NCBI GenBank assembly: GCA_028718445.1
Contig: JAQULY010000166.1
Span: 1 to 10,327 of the forward strand
Reading direction: 5' to 3'
DNA from: Kiritimatiellia bacterium
Lineage (GTDB): Bacteria > Verrucomicrobiota > Kiritimatiellia > RFP12 > JAAYLN01
DNA length: 10,327 nucleotides
Shown here: positions 1 through 6,615 of the stretch, piece by piece
How the letters are laid out: each line of letters starts with the position of its first letter
How positions within the stretch are numbered: the first letter of the stretch is position 1
The notes under the pieces: model-generated
Database searches by the model: none
Told to the model about the DNA's origin: nothing
Seen by the model: only the letters and a program-made list of their open reading frames with translations
Position numbers and translations under genes: made by a program

Positions 1-241
1 CGGCGGGTGAATGCAATCGGACGGGCTGGCCGGAAATCAGGATTTCGCCAGGGTAGTCCGAAAAGCAGCCAGCCAGCATCTTCATGAGGGTGGACTTGCC
101 GGCGCCGTTTTCGCCCAGAAGGGCGTGCACTTCTCCGGCGTAGACGCTGAAATCCACACCGTCAATCGCGACGGTGCCCGGAAAGCTCTTCCGGACCGCT
201 CGCATCTCCAGCGCCAGCCCCAACTGTGAAGGTTCAGCCAC
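1..241 (-). CDS. ABC transporter ATP-binding protein, N-terminal part only (gene runs off the left edge of the window)
   Basis: Reverse-strand translation from a GTG at 241 (GAGAGG SD 9 nt upstream) or the ATG at 205 reads (M)[79 protein letters not shown]. This is a canonical ABC ATPase N-terminus (LEMRxxxKxFPG, Walker [10 protein letters not shown]) of the sugar/ribose-type importer ATPases. It has the same frame and strand as the flotillin gene, 39 nt downstream of its stop. Confidence 0.8.
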   Translation of the reverse strand, partial: MAEPSQLGLALEMRAVRKSFPGTVAIDGVDFSVYAGEVHALLGENGAGKSTLMKMLAGCFSDYPGEILISGQPVRLHSPA

Positions 242-280
242 GCGGCCGGCCCTCTCTGCGTTTGGCGCCACGCATCCTCA

Positions 281-1795
281 TCATGCCGGCTTGGCCTTCG
301 CGGGCGCGGCGGCGGTTTCGGCCGGCGTCGGCGGAGTGTCTACGCCCATCTTGCCGAGGAATGCCGGCAGATCGAGTCCGACCTGCCTGGCCAGTTCGTG
401 CATGGGCGGGAGGGCGCCCATCAGACGCTGTCCCAGATTGGCCAGTCCGCCGCCCTGGCCCCCGCCATCCCAGACCACCACCTTTTCGATCGGCAGATCC
501 TGGATGGCCTGAGCCTGCACACGCGCGACATCCATGAGTTTTTCGACCAGCAACAGCGCCGCGGCCTGTTCGGCGGAGGTGCAGGCCTTGACCAACGAGG
601 CATAGCCTTCCGACTTGGCATCGAGCACCGCCTGCACGCCCTTGGCCTCGGCGGTCATCTTGGCCAGCACGGCTTCGGCTTCGCCCTGGGCCACGCGGAT
701 GGACTGCTGCTTCTGCGCCTCGGCCGCGATCAGCACGCGCTCGCGTTCGGCATTGGCCGGCACGACCACCTCGGCGTTGAGACGCGCCTGTTCGCGCTGG
801 GCGCGCGCCTCTTCGGCCTTCTTGTGGGCCAGTTCCTGCGCCACGCGGATGGCGCCGTCGGCCTCCTTGCCCGCCGACTCGGCGCGGTTGCGCGCCTGTT
901 CCTCGGCGACCTTCTGATTGGCGCGCGAGGCCGCCTTGTTGGCGTTGGCTTCCGTCTCCGTCTGGACGGCTTCGGCGTCCAGCGTGGCGGACTGCATGCG
1001 CTTGTCGCGGCTGGCGGTGGCTTCGCCGATTTCGGCGGTGGCATTGGCGGCGGCGACGGCCACGCGTGTGTCGCGCTGACGTTCCGCCACGCCCGTCTGG
1101 CCCATCTTCTCCTGCTCGGCGACGTCAATATTGGCCTGGTTGATAGCCTCCGCCGCGGCGCGCCGCCCCAGTGCCACAATGTAGCCGGAGTCGTCCTCGA
1201 TATCGCGGATGTTGACGTTGATCAGGAAGAGGCCGATTTTCTCCAGTTCACCCGAGACGGCTTCGTTGACCTTGCCCAGGAAGGCCTGGCGGTCGCGGTT
1301 GATCTCCTCGATGCGCATGGTGGCGATCACCGCGCGCATCTGCCCGAGGATGATATCCTGCGCCTGGTTCTGTATATCCTGCGCGGACTGCCCCAGCAGG
1401 CGCACGGCGGCGTTCTCCATGATGCCGGGCTCGACCGAGATGGCGGCGGTGACGGTGGTCGGCACGCTGACGCGGATGTTTTCCGCCGAAAGCGCGCTCT
1501 TGAGATCCACCGGCACCACGAAGGGTTCCAGATCGAGATAGTCGTAGGCCTGGAAGAGCGGCATGACGAAGGCCGCGCCGCCATGGATGCACTTGGCGGC
1601 GCCGCGATTGGTCTTGCCGTAGATCACCAGGATGCGGTTGGAGGGGCAGCGACGGTAGCGCCGCGCAAAGGTGATGAACGAAATCACTAGCACCAACCCC
1701 AGCAGCGTCCAGAGAAAAACCGCCGGCGAAGACGAATCGGCGTCACGGTAGCGGGTGGTCTGCGCCAGTAGAAGAAAGCAAACGGCGGTGTTCAT
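281..1795 (-). CDS. yqiK: Flotillin-like SPFH/band-7 protein (YqiK family), 504 aa
   Basis: N-terminal TM segment followed by FARRYRR. An SPFH core follows (VIYGKTNRG...VMPLFQAYDYLDLEPF...IRVSVPTTVTAAIS). A long Glu/Ala/Arg/Gln-rich coiled-coil region (AEAEA-type) and a Gly-rich C-terminal tail complete the bacterial flotillin/YqiK architecture. An AGGAG SD lies 5 nt upstream of the ATG at 1795. The gene ends with a double stop, TGATGA. Confidence 0.9.
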   Translation of the reverse strand: MNTAVCFLLLAQTTRYRDADSSSPAVFLWTLLGLVLVISFITFARRYRRCPSNRILVIYGKTNRGAAKCIHGGAAFVMPLFQAYDYLDLEPFVVPVDLKSALSAENIRVSVPTTVTAAISVEPGIMENAAVRLLGQSAQDIQNQAQDIILGQMRAVIATMRIEEINRDRQAFLGKVNEAVSGELEKIGLFLINVNIRDIEDDSGYIVALGRRAAAEAINQANIDVAEQEKMGQTGVAERQRDTRVAVAAANATAEIGEATASRDKRMQSATLDAEAVQTETEANANKAASRANQKVAEEQARNRAESAGKEADGAIRVAQELAHKKAEEARAQREQARLNAEVVVPANAERERVLIAAEAQKQQSIRVAQGEAEAVLAKMTAEAKGVQAVLDAKSEGYASLVKACTSAEQAAALLLVEKLMDVARVQAQAIQDLPIEKVVVWDGGGQGGGLANLGQRLMGALPPMHELARQVGLDLPAFLGKMGVDTPPTPAETAAAPAKAKPA

Positions 1796-1828
1796 GGGGA
1801 CTCCTGAGTTTGTCTGTATGAAATGGAA

Positions 1829-2434
1829 TCAGACGAAGGTTTGGGGCTCGACCTCGACCAGCGTCTGGCCGATGCGGCGCACGATCCTGACGCTGGCGCC
1901 GGCCTTGATTGCTGCGCCATGCAAGGCGCGCGCCTTGATGTGGCTGAGCGTGCCGTCAACGACGGCGCGCACTTCGCCGATGCCTTGCGCGGGGATGTCG
2001 AGGTAGACGGTCGCTTCGCTGCCGATGGCATGGTCCAGGTCGCGGTTGCCCGAATGGGCCAGTCTGGGCAGCAGGTAAAGCAGCAAGCCGACGCAAACAA
2101 GTCCGGCCAGACCCCAAAGCATGGAGATGCCCAGCGTGCGAACCAGCGGCACGCCCCGGTCAAGGTATAGGGCGCCGGACCAGGAAAAGAGCACGAAAAA
2201 GGCCAGCAGGGCGCGCACACTCAGCAGCTTGAAGGCCAACACCGTGGCATCGGCGTCGCTGACATCGGTTTGGCCGGTAACCGCCTCGGAGTCCAGTTCG
2301 GTGTCAGTGTCGGTGTCGGCGTCGAGCCCCATGAAGGCGGCCACAAGCTGCCACAGAAATGGAATGCTCAAGACGACGGCGACACCGTAGAACCAACGGT
2401 TAAGGCTGGTCAAAGCTTGCCACCATTCGGACAT
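1829..2434 (-). CDS. yqiJ: YqiJ/DUF1449-type (NfeD-like) inner-membrane protein, flotillin partner; ~201 aa
   Basis: TM helices, an acidic D/T-rich linker, further TM helices and a C-terminal OB-fold-like soluble domain, all located immediately upstream of the flotillin gene (yqiJK arrangement). The start is chosen at ATG 2434 (MSEWWQ...) because GGGAGG lies 7 nt upstream. The ORF-track start at 2479 is a GTG and is unlikely. Confidence 0.75.
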   Translation of the reverse strand: MSEWWQALTSLNRWFYGVAVVLSIPFLWQLVAAFMGLDADTDTDTELDSEAVTGQTDVSDADATVLAFKLLSVRALLAFFVLFSWSGALYLDRGVPLVRTLGISMLWGLAGLVCVGLLLYLLPRLAHSGNRDLDHAIGSEATVYLDIPAQGIGEVRAVVDGTLSHIKARALHGAAIKAGASVRIVRRIGQTLVEVEPQTFV

Positions 2435-2491
2435 TGTCATGCCTCCCGATTGCTGCCCTGCACAAGACGCGCAAGGCACAAAGTCGAAATC

Positions 2492-2520
2492 AGTCTAGGC
2501 GAAAAGGGCAGGGCGGTCAA
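2492..2520 (-). promoter_or_regulatory. Candidate sigma-70 promoter for yqiJ-yqiK: -35 TTGACC, 17-bp spacer, -10 TAGACT
   Basis: On the minus strand TTGACC sits at 2520-2515 and TAGACT at 2497-2492, separated by 17 bp. The -10 lies ~58 nt upstream of the yqiJ ATG. This is a hexamer match only. Confidence 0.35.
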
Positions 2521-2535
2521 ACGGGAATGCGCGGT

Positions 2536-2739
2536 CCCTAAACTGCGAGAGTTGCGCCCTTGTGCCACCGAACGATGCACGTTCATCGCGCGGAGACGGC
2601 TCGCGAGGACGCTCGCCCTCCACCAGTTTATCAATGCGCGAGTAGACAAGCGTCTTGGGCGAGGCTCTGCCGAGCCGCAAGCGCAAGGGCGAGCGCATGG
2701 GTAGGCGGCAGAGTAAGCTGCAATTCTCGCAGTTTAGGG
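2536..2739. repeat. 204-bp element bounded by 20-bp terminal inverted repeats (19/20 match); MITE-like or a paired regulator-site element
   Basis: The left arm 2536-2555 is ccctaaactgcgagagttgc. The right arm 2720-2739 is gcaattctcgcagtttaggg, whose reverse complement ccctaaactgcgagaattgc differs at one position. The 164-bp interior contains smaller hairpins, for example ggctc-tgcc-gagcc. The element sits 5 nt after the pilD stop and 16 bp upstream of the predicted yqiJ -35. Confidence 0.6.
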
Positions 2740-2743
2740 CGGG

Positions 2744-3571
2744 TCAAGCAGGCTGCAACATGCGCAGGTACATCCGGACCAGTGTCGGTCCCGTGAACAT
2801 CCACACCAGGGCGGCGGCGGCAATGAAGGGACCGTAAGGAATGCGGCTCTGCAACTGTCGCTTGCCGCACAGAATCAAACCGATGCCGACGAACGATCCG
2901 AAGAACGACGATCCGATCACCGAGAACAGGACCGCCTGCCAGCCGAAGAAGGCGCCGATTGCCCCCATCAGTTTCACGTCGCCGAAGCCCATGGCCTCGC
3001 GCCGGAACGCCCACCTGCCGACCGTGGCCACCAGCCAGAGCGTGCCGAAGCCGACGGCGCAGCCGATGCCGGAGCGCAACAGCGCCTGCCAGTGGTCGGT
3101 GGTGTCGTGCAGCAGGGGCACAAAGGGGCTCAGCGCCAGGCCCAGCAGCATGCCGCCGATGGAGACGCGGTCGGGTATGATCAGATGCTCGATATCCACG
3201 AAGGTGCCCAGCAGGAGACCGAAAACCACCAGCCAATAGACCGGTATCAACAACGGTCTGTCCGCGAACCTGAGCGCGACAGCCAGAAACAGCGCGGCGG
3301 TCAGCACCTCGACCAGCAGGTACCGCGCGGAGATGGGCGCGCGGCAATAGCGGCAGCGCCCGCCCAGGCACAGCCAGCTCAACACCGGGATGTTGAGATA
3401 CCAAGGGATCGGCCGGCGACAGTTCGGGCAGAAGGAGCGTGGACGCACCACGGACAACTCCAGCGGGATGCGATAGATGCAGACATTCAGAAAACTCCCC
3501 ATACATGCGCCCAGCAGCGCTACGAAGGGCAACAGGACGGGGGCCAGTAACGCCAGTTGTTCGGGTTGCAT
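2744..3571 (-). CDS. pilD: Type IV prepilin peptidase / N-methyltransferase (peptidase A24, PilD), ~275 aa
   Basis: Starting at ATG 3571 the protein reads MQPEQLALLAPVLLPFVALLGACMGSFLNVCIYRIP... It carries the tetra-Cys zinc motif CPNCRRPIPWYLNIPVLSWLCLGGRCRYCRAPIS. The catalytic Asp regions are present (IIPDRVSIGG and GFGDVKLMGAIG), and the protein is polytopic. The upstream in-frame extension to 3787 is not PilD-like and has no support. Confidence 0.88.
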   Translation of the reverse strand: MQPEQLALLAPVLLPFVALLGACMGSFLNVCIYRIPLELSVVRPRSFCPNCRRPIPWYLNIPVLSWLCLGGRCRYCRAPISARYLLVEVLTAALFLAVALRFADRPLLIPVYWLVVFGLLLGTFVDIEHLIIPDRVSIGGMLLGLALSPFVPLLHDTTDHWQALLRSGIGCAVGFGTLWLVATVGRWAFRREAMGFGDVKLMGAIGAFFGWQAVLFSVIGSSFFGSFVGIGLILCGKRQLQSRIPYGPFIAAAALVWMFTGPTLVRMYLRMLQPA

Positions 3572-3748
3572 GCGCCGATTATGCACGGCTCCCGCGTCCG
3601 AATAAAGCGTAGACTGATCCCACCGGTGATGGGTCAGTGAGATGGGAGCGCGAGTGGGGTGCATGTGAACCCGAGCGATTCGTACGCGTTTTTCGTGGGC
3701 ATTTGAGCGCCGATTGCGGTGGACGCTTGAGACGTGTCTCCTCGTTGT

Positions 3749-3787
3749 CCGTAATCGTCGCCCGTAATCGTCGCCCGTAATCGTCAA
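3749..3787. repeat. 13-bp tandem direct repeat ccgtaatcgtcgc, 3 copies (third degenerate)
   Basis: Read directly from the sequence: cc-gtaatcgtcgc-cc-gtaatcgtcgc-cc-gtaatcgtcaa. It lies in the pilD / activator divergent intergenic region. Confidence 0.7.
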
Positions 3788-3925
3788 CCGAAATGGATAA
3801 ATGAAGTGAAGAGGACGCCGGGAGAGGGCTGAAGGTCCGAGGTCTGAGGGTAGTCAGTAGTCGGCAGGCAGTCGGCAGTAGGCGGAGCGCTGGACACACC
3901 AAATCGCGACACCTAGCCGGATGCG

Positions 3926-4005
3926 GTCTTTGTCGCACGCTTCGTCCCACGCTTTGTCGGTTACGCTGGTCGTCCGGCTTTGTCGCGCCGTAGTGCCGCA
4001 GGCAC
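3926..4005. promoter_or_regulatory. Three phased direct repeats CTTTGTCG(C/G) at 3928, 3952 and 3978, plus the palindrome GTGCC-gca-GGCAC (3993-4005), upstream of the sigma-54 activator gene
   Basis: The repeats are spaced 24 and 26 bp apart, roughly 2.5 helical turns. The 13-bp perfect palindrome lies 75-85 bp upstream of the proposed start at 4079. These are candidate transcription-factor sites. Confidence 0.3.
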
Positions 4006-4078
4006 GCAGGCGGAAGCACCGAAGCTGCTTCAGCGACCGACCGCCTTGTGGTCTGAAACGAGCGGGGTGCTTGATTCC

Positions 4079-5515
4079 ATGGCGGAGAAGCGTCATCATG
4101 CCCTCATGCGGAAGGGCCGCCAACGCAATGCAGGCGCGCAGACGGGAGCGGAGAGCATTCTCGAGAGCATCTCGGACGGCGTGTTCACCGTGGACGCCGA
4201 CTGGCGCATCACCTCTTTCAACCGCGCCGCGGAGACGGTCACCGGCATTCGCCGGCGCGATGCCATCGGTAAGACCTGCTCGGACGTGTTCCGCGCCAGC
4301 ATGTGCGAGACGGATTGCGCCCTCCGACAGACGGTCAGGAGTGGCAAGCCCATCGTCAACAAAGCCGCGTTCATCGTGAATGCCGCCGGCCGCCGGATAC
4401 CCATCTCCGTCTCGACGGCCATTCTGCGCGACGCGCGCGGACGCATCACGGGTGGCGCGGAGACTTTCAGGGACCTCAGCCTGGTGGAGGAACTGCGCAA
4501 GGAGTTGGAGGGCCGTTGCCAGATCGGCGACCTGGTCAGTCGCAGCGCCGCAATGCGACGGACGTGCGAGTTGCTGCCGCAGCTCGCGCCCAGCGATGCG
4601 ACCGTGCTGATTCATGGCGAGACAGGTACGGGCAAGGAGTTGCTGGCGCGGGCCATACACAACCTCAGTCCGCGCCGGAACAAGCCATTCGTGCCGGTCA
4701 ATTGCGGCGCGCTGCCAGACACTTTGCTGGAATCCGAGCTGTTCGGCTATGTTAAAGGCGCCTTCACGGGTGCCACATGCGACAAGCCCGGACGCTTCGC
4801 CATGGCGGAGGGAGGCACGGTCTTTCTGGACGAGATTGGCGATATCAGCCCGGCGATGCAGGTGCGACTGCTGCGCGTGCTCCAGGAAAAGACCTACGAA
4901 CCGCTTGGCGCCACGCGTACGCGCCGTGCCGACGTGCGCGTCATCGCCGCCACCCACCGTGACCTGGCTGCGCTGATCCGCAAGGGTCAGTTCCGGGAGG
5001 ATCTCTTCTACCGCCTGAATGTCGTCAAACTGGAGCTACCGCCGCTGCGCAAACGCAAGGAGGATATTCCCCTTCTCGTCGAACACTTCATCGCGCGCTT
5101 CAACCGTCGGCAGGGCAAAACGGTGACTGGTGTGGCCCCCGATGTGATGGCGCTGCTCATGGCGCACGATTACCCCGGCAACGTGCGCGAACTGGAAAAC
5201 ATAGTCGAACGCGCCTTCGTCCTCCGCGGCGCTGGCCGAATTGAGCGCGCGCATCTGCCGCCCGAACTCACCGGCCTGCCGGCCGTGTCCGCGGCGACGC
5301 CGGGCGACACGATCGCCGCGCAGACGCGCGCCGCGGAAGCTCAAGCCATTCGCGCCGCCCTCGAGCACAATGGGTTCAACCGCCTGGCTGCCGCCCGCGA
5401 GTTGGGCCTGCATAAGAGCACGCTCTTCCGCAAGCTCAAGACGCTGGGCATCGAGGCGCCCGAGCAGGATGGCCGGTCGCGGCCTGGCGCTCAACGCCCA
5501 ACGCGCGGCGTTTAG
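4079..5515 (+). CDS. Sigma-54-dependent transcriptional activator (bacterial enhancer-binding protein) with N-terminal PAS sensor: PAS - AAA+ sigma-54 interaction - Fis-type HTH; ~478 aa
   Basis: PAS region: ILESISDGVFTVDADWRITSFNRAAETVTG... AAA+ region: Walker A GETGTGKELLARAIH, ESELFGYVKGAFTGA (GAFTGA), Walker B GTVFLDEIGD, and the R-finger/sensor motifs. C-terminal HTH: AAARELGLHKSTLFRKLKTLGI. The start is set at the first ATG (4079, M34 of the track ORF). The track start at 3980 is a TTG. The alternative ATG at 4106 has no better RBS. Confidence 0.9.
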   Translation: MAEKRHHALMRKGRQRNAGAQTGAESILESISDGVFTVDADWRITSFNRAAETVTGIRRRDAIGKTCSDVFRASMCETDCALRQTVRSGKPIVNKAAFIVNAAGRRIPISVSTAILRDARGRITGGAETFRDLSLVEELRKELEGRCQIGDLVSRSAAMRRTCELLPQLAPSDATVLIHGETGTGKELLARAIHNLSPRRNKPFVPVNCGALPDTLLESELFGYVKGAFTGATCDKPGRFAMAEGGTVFLDEIGDISPAMQVRLLRVLQEKTYEPLGATRTRRADVRVIAATHRDLAALIRKGQFREDLFYRLNVVKLELPPLRKRKEDIPLLVEHFIARFNRRQGKTVTGVAPDVMALLMAHDYPGNVRELENIVERAFVLRGAGRIERAHLPPELTGLPAVSAATPGDTIAAQTRAAEAQAIRAALEHNGFNRLAAARELGLHKSTLFRKLKTLGIEAPEQDGRSRPGAQRPTRGV

Positions 5516-5531
5516 CGCGAGTTCGGTGGCG

Positions 5532-5553
5532 ACAGTCGCGTGCGGGCGACTGT
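5532..5553 (+). terminator. Hairpin directly after the activator stop (stem acagtcgc/gcgactgt, loop gtgcgg), with a second tggcca-centred hairpin following; weak or atypical intrinsic terminator
   Basis: An 8-bp perfect stem with a 6-nt loop lies 17 nt after the TAG at 5513-5515. The downstream tract aataatgg is A/T-containing but is not a proper U-run. Confidence 0.3.
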
Positions 5554-5727
5554 AATAATGGCGTACAGTCGTGGCCATGCGACTATCGCGGGGCATTAGC
5601 CCTTTCCACATCGCAAGCGTAAAGCCTTAATGGTCAAGGAGTAACAGCGCGCGGTTGTGCCCCGTCCAGGTTTGGCACGCTTCGTGATATCCATACGAGT
5701 GCACAACCACGATAAGGAATGCGGAGC

Positions 5728-6180
5728 ATGCGTGTGGCGCTGACAACCTGGAATGGAAGAATTTCGCCGGTCTTTGACGTGGCGCGCCAGGTCGAGTTGC
5801 TGGAGATAGACAAGGGGCGCGTGGTCGGCAGGCGTTCCGCGGGTTTGCCGGGAACCGACCCGCTGGGCCAGGCGAACGCGCTCTCGGCATTGCAGCCCCA
5901 GGTGCTGATCTGCGGCGCCGTCTCGGGTTCGCTTGCCGCCATGCTGACTTCCGCGGGAATGCAGCTCATCGCCTTTACCGCCGGCGAGAGCGGCAAGGTG
6001 CTGGATGCCTGGTTGGCGGGAGCGCTACCGAATCCGGCGATGACAATGCCGGGGTGCGGCGGCGGACGGCGCGGACGCTGCGGCGGCCGAGGACGCGGCT
6101 GTCGGGCGGGATGGAGGCGCGGTGCGGCCATGCCGCAAATGCGCGATTGCAGTCGGATGCTTGAAAGGGAAGAGACATGA
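5728..6180 (+). CDS. NifX/NafY/NifB-C-terminal-like (dinitrogenase FeMo-cofactor biosynthesis domain, Nitro_FeMo-Co-like) small protein with an Arg/Gly/Cys-rich C-terminal tail; ~150 aa
   Basis: MRVALTTWNGRISPVFDVARQVELLEID...VLICGAVSGSLAAMLTSAGMQLIAF.AGESGKVLDAWLAGAL aligns to the NifX-like fold pattern (ISPHFGRAPYF-IVD ... VIAGNIGPNAF-AL--AGI-V ... G-V-EAL-A---G-L). The tail reads MPGCGGGRRGRCGGRGRGCRAGWRRG. The start at the second ATG (5728) places AAGGA 9 nt upstream; ATG 5719 is also possible. The stop overlaps the next start (ATGA at 6177-6180). Confidence 0.7.
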   Translation: MRVALTTWNGRISPVFDVARQVELLEIDKGRVVGRRSAGLPGTDPLGQANALSALQPQVLICGAVSGSLAAMLTSAGMQLIAFTAGESGKVLDAWLAGALPNPAMTMPGCGGGRRGRCGGRGRGCRAGWRRGAAMPQMRDCSRMLEREET

Positions 6181-6539
6181 AAATCGCGATCACAGCCACT
6201 GGCGATGCGTTGACGAGCGGACTCGATCCGCGTTTTGGACGCGCACGCTATTTCATCGTCGTGGACACGGAGTCGGACGCCTTCACGGCGCACGACAACC
6301 GGCAGAACCTGAACGCCGCGCAGGGCGCGGGCATCCAGGCAGCGCAGAACGTCGCCGGGCTGGGCGCGCAAGCCGTGATCTCGGGCAACGTCGGGCCGAA
6401 GGCCTTCCGCGCGCTCAACGCGGCGGAAATCGCCGTCTACCTATGCGGCGAAGGCACCGTCGCGGATGCCGTGCGGCGCTTCAAGGCCGGCGAGCTCAAA
6501 CGGGCCGACGATGCCAATGTCGAGGGACACTGGGCGTAA
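6177..6539 (+). CDS. NifX/NafY-like dinitrogenase iron-molybdenum cofactor biosynthesis-domain protein (Nitro_FeMo-Co family), 120 aa
   Basis: MKIAITATGDALTSGLDPRFGRARYFIVVDTESDAFTAHDNRQNLNAAQGAGIQAAQNVAGLGAQAVISGNVGPKAFRALNAAEIAVY...GTVADAVRRFKAGEL closely matches stand-alone NifX-like proteins. A GGGA SD lies 6 nt upstream. The ATGA overlap with the upstream gene suggests translational coupling. Confidence 0.85.
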   Translation: MKIAITATGDALTSGLDPRFGRARYFIVVDTESDAFTAHDNRQNLNAAQGAGIQAAQNVAGLGAQAVISGNVGPKAFRALNAAEIAVYLCGEGTVADAVRRFKAGELKRADDANVEGHWA

Positions 6540-6615
6540 ACAATCTGATGCCCGTACAAACACAAGTGTGCGCGGGCGGACGAAAACAAAAACGACAAAA
6601 CCAGAGAGGTGCAAT

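Noticed and set aside
11-229. Plus-strand 72-aa ORF ([12 protein letters not shown]...)
   Set aside because: It is antisense to a clear ABC-ATPase N-terminus on the minus strand (Walker [10 protein letters not shown]). It has no SD and begins right after a stop, so it is a mirror-frame artefact.
398-1690. 430-aa plus-strand ORF, plus several 100-150-aa ORFs inside 281-1795
   Set aside because: They are antisense or alternative frames of the flotillin gene. Their composition is low-complexity Gly/Leu/Arg/His, typical of GC-rich non-coding frames. The flotillin frame shows real domain architecture.
2631-3506. 291-aa minus-strand ORF overlapping pilD in another frame
   Set aside because: It is Arg/Ala/Pro-rich junk. 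The PilD frame carries the diagnostic Zn-Cys and Asp motifs.
3572-3787. In-frame N-terminal extension of the pilD ORF (MTITGDDYGRRLRTT...)
   Set aside because: PilD homologues begin with a short N-terminus directly before the first TM helix (MQPEQLALLAPVLL...). The extension is Arg-rich, spans the tandem-repeat region and has no RBS.
3749-3787. Possible CRISPR array
   Set aside because: The repeats are only 13 bp, are directly abutting with no spacers, and number just three. This is a simple tandem repeat, not a CRISPR.
3980-4078. Upstream extension of the activator to the track start at 3980
   Set aside because: Codon 3980-3982 is TTG. The extension adds an Arg/Ala-rich segment before the PAS domain and would overlap the repeat and palindrome region. 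The first ATG, at 4079, is preferred but is not certain.
3854-4957. 367-aa minus-strand ORF, plus 3579-4019 (146 aa) and 4096-4500 (134 aa) on the minus strand
   Set aside because: They are antisense to the sigma-54 activator or lie in the intergenic region. They have no motifs and the usual GC-rich frame composition.
5634-6371. 245-aa minus-strand ORF, plus 6437-7186 (249 aa) and 6496-7149 (217 aa, Pro-rich) on the minus strand
   Set aside because: They are antisense to the NifX-like and Gly-rich genes (Gly GGN codons read as Pro on the opposite strand). They have no SDs and no domain signatures. The plus-strand genes have well-spaced SDs and recognisable motifs.
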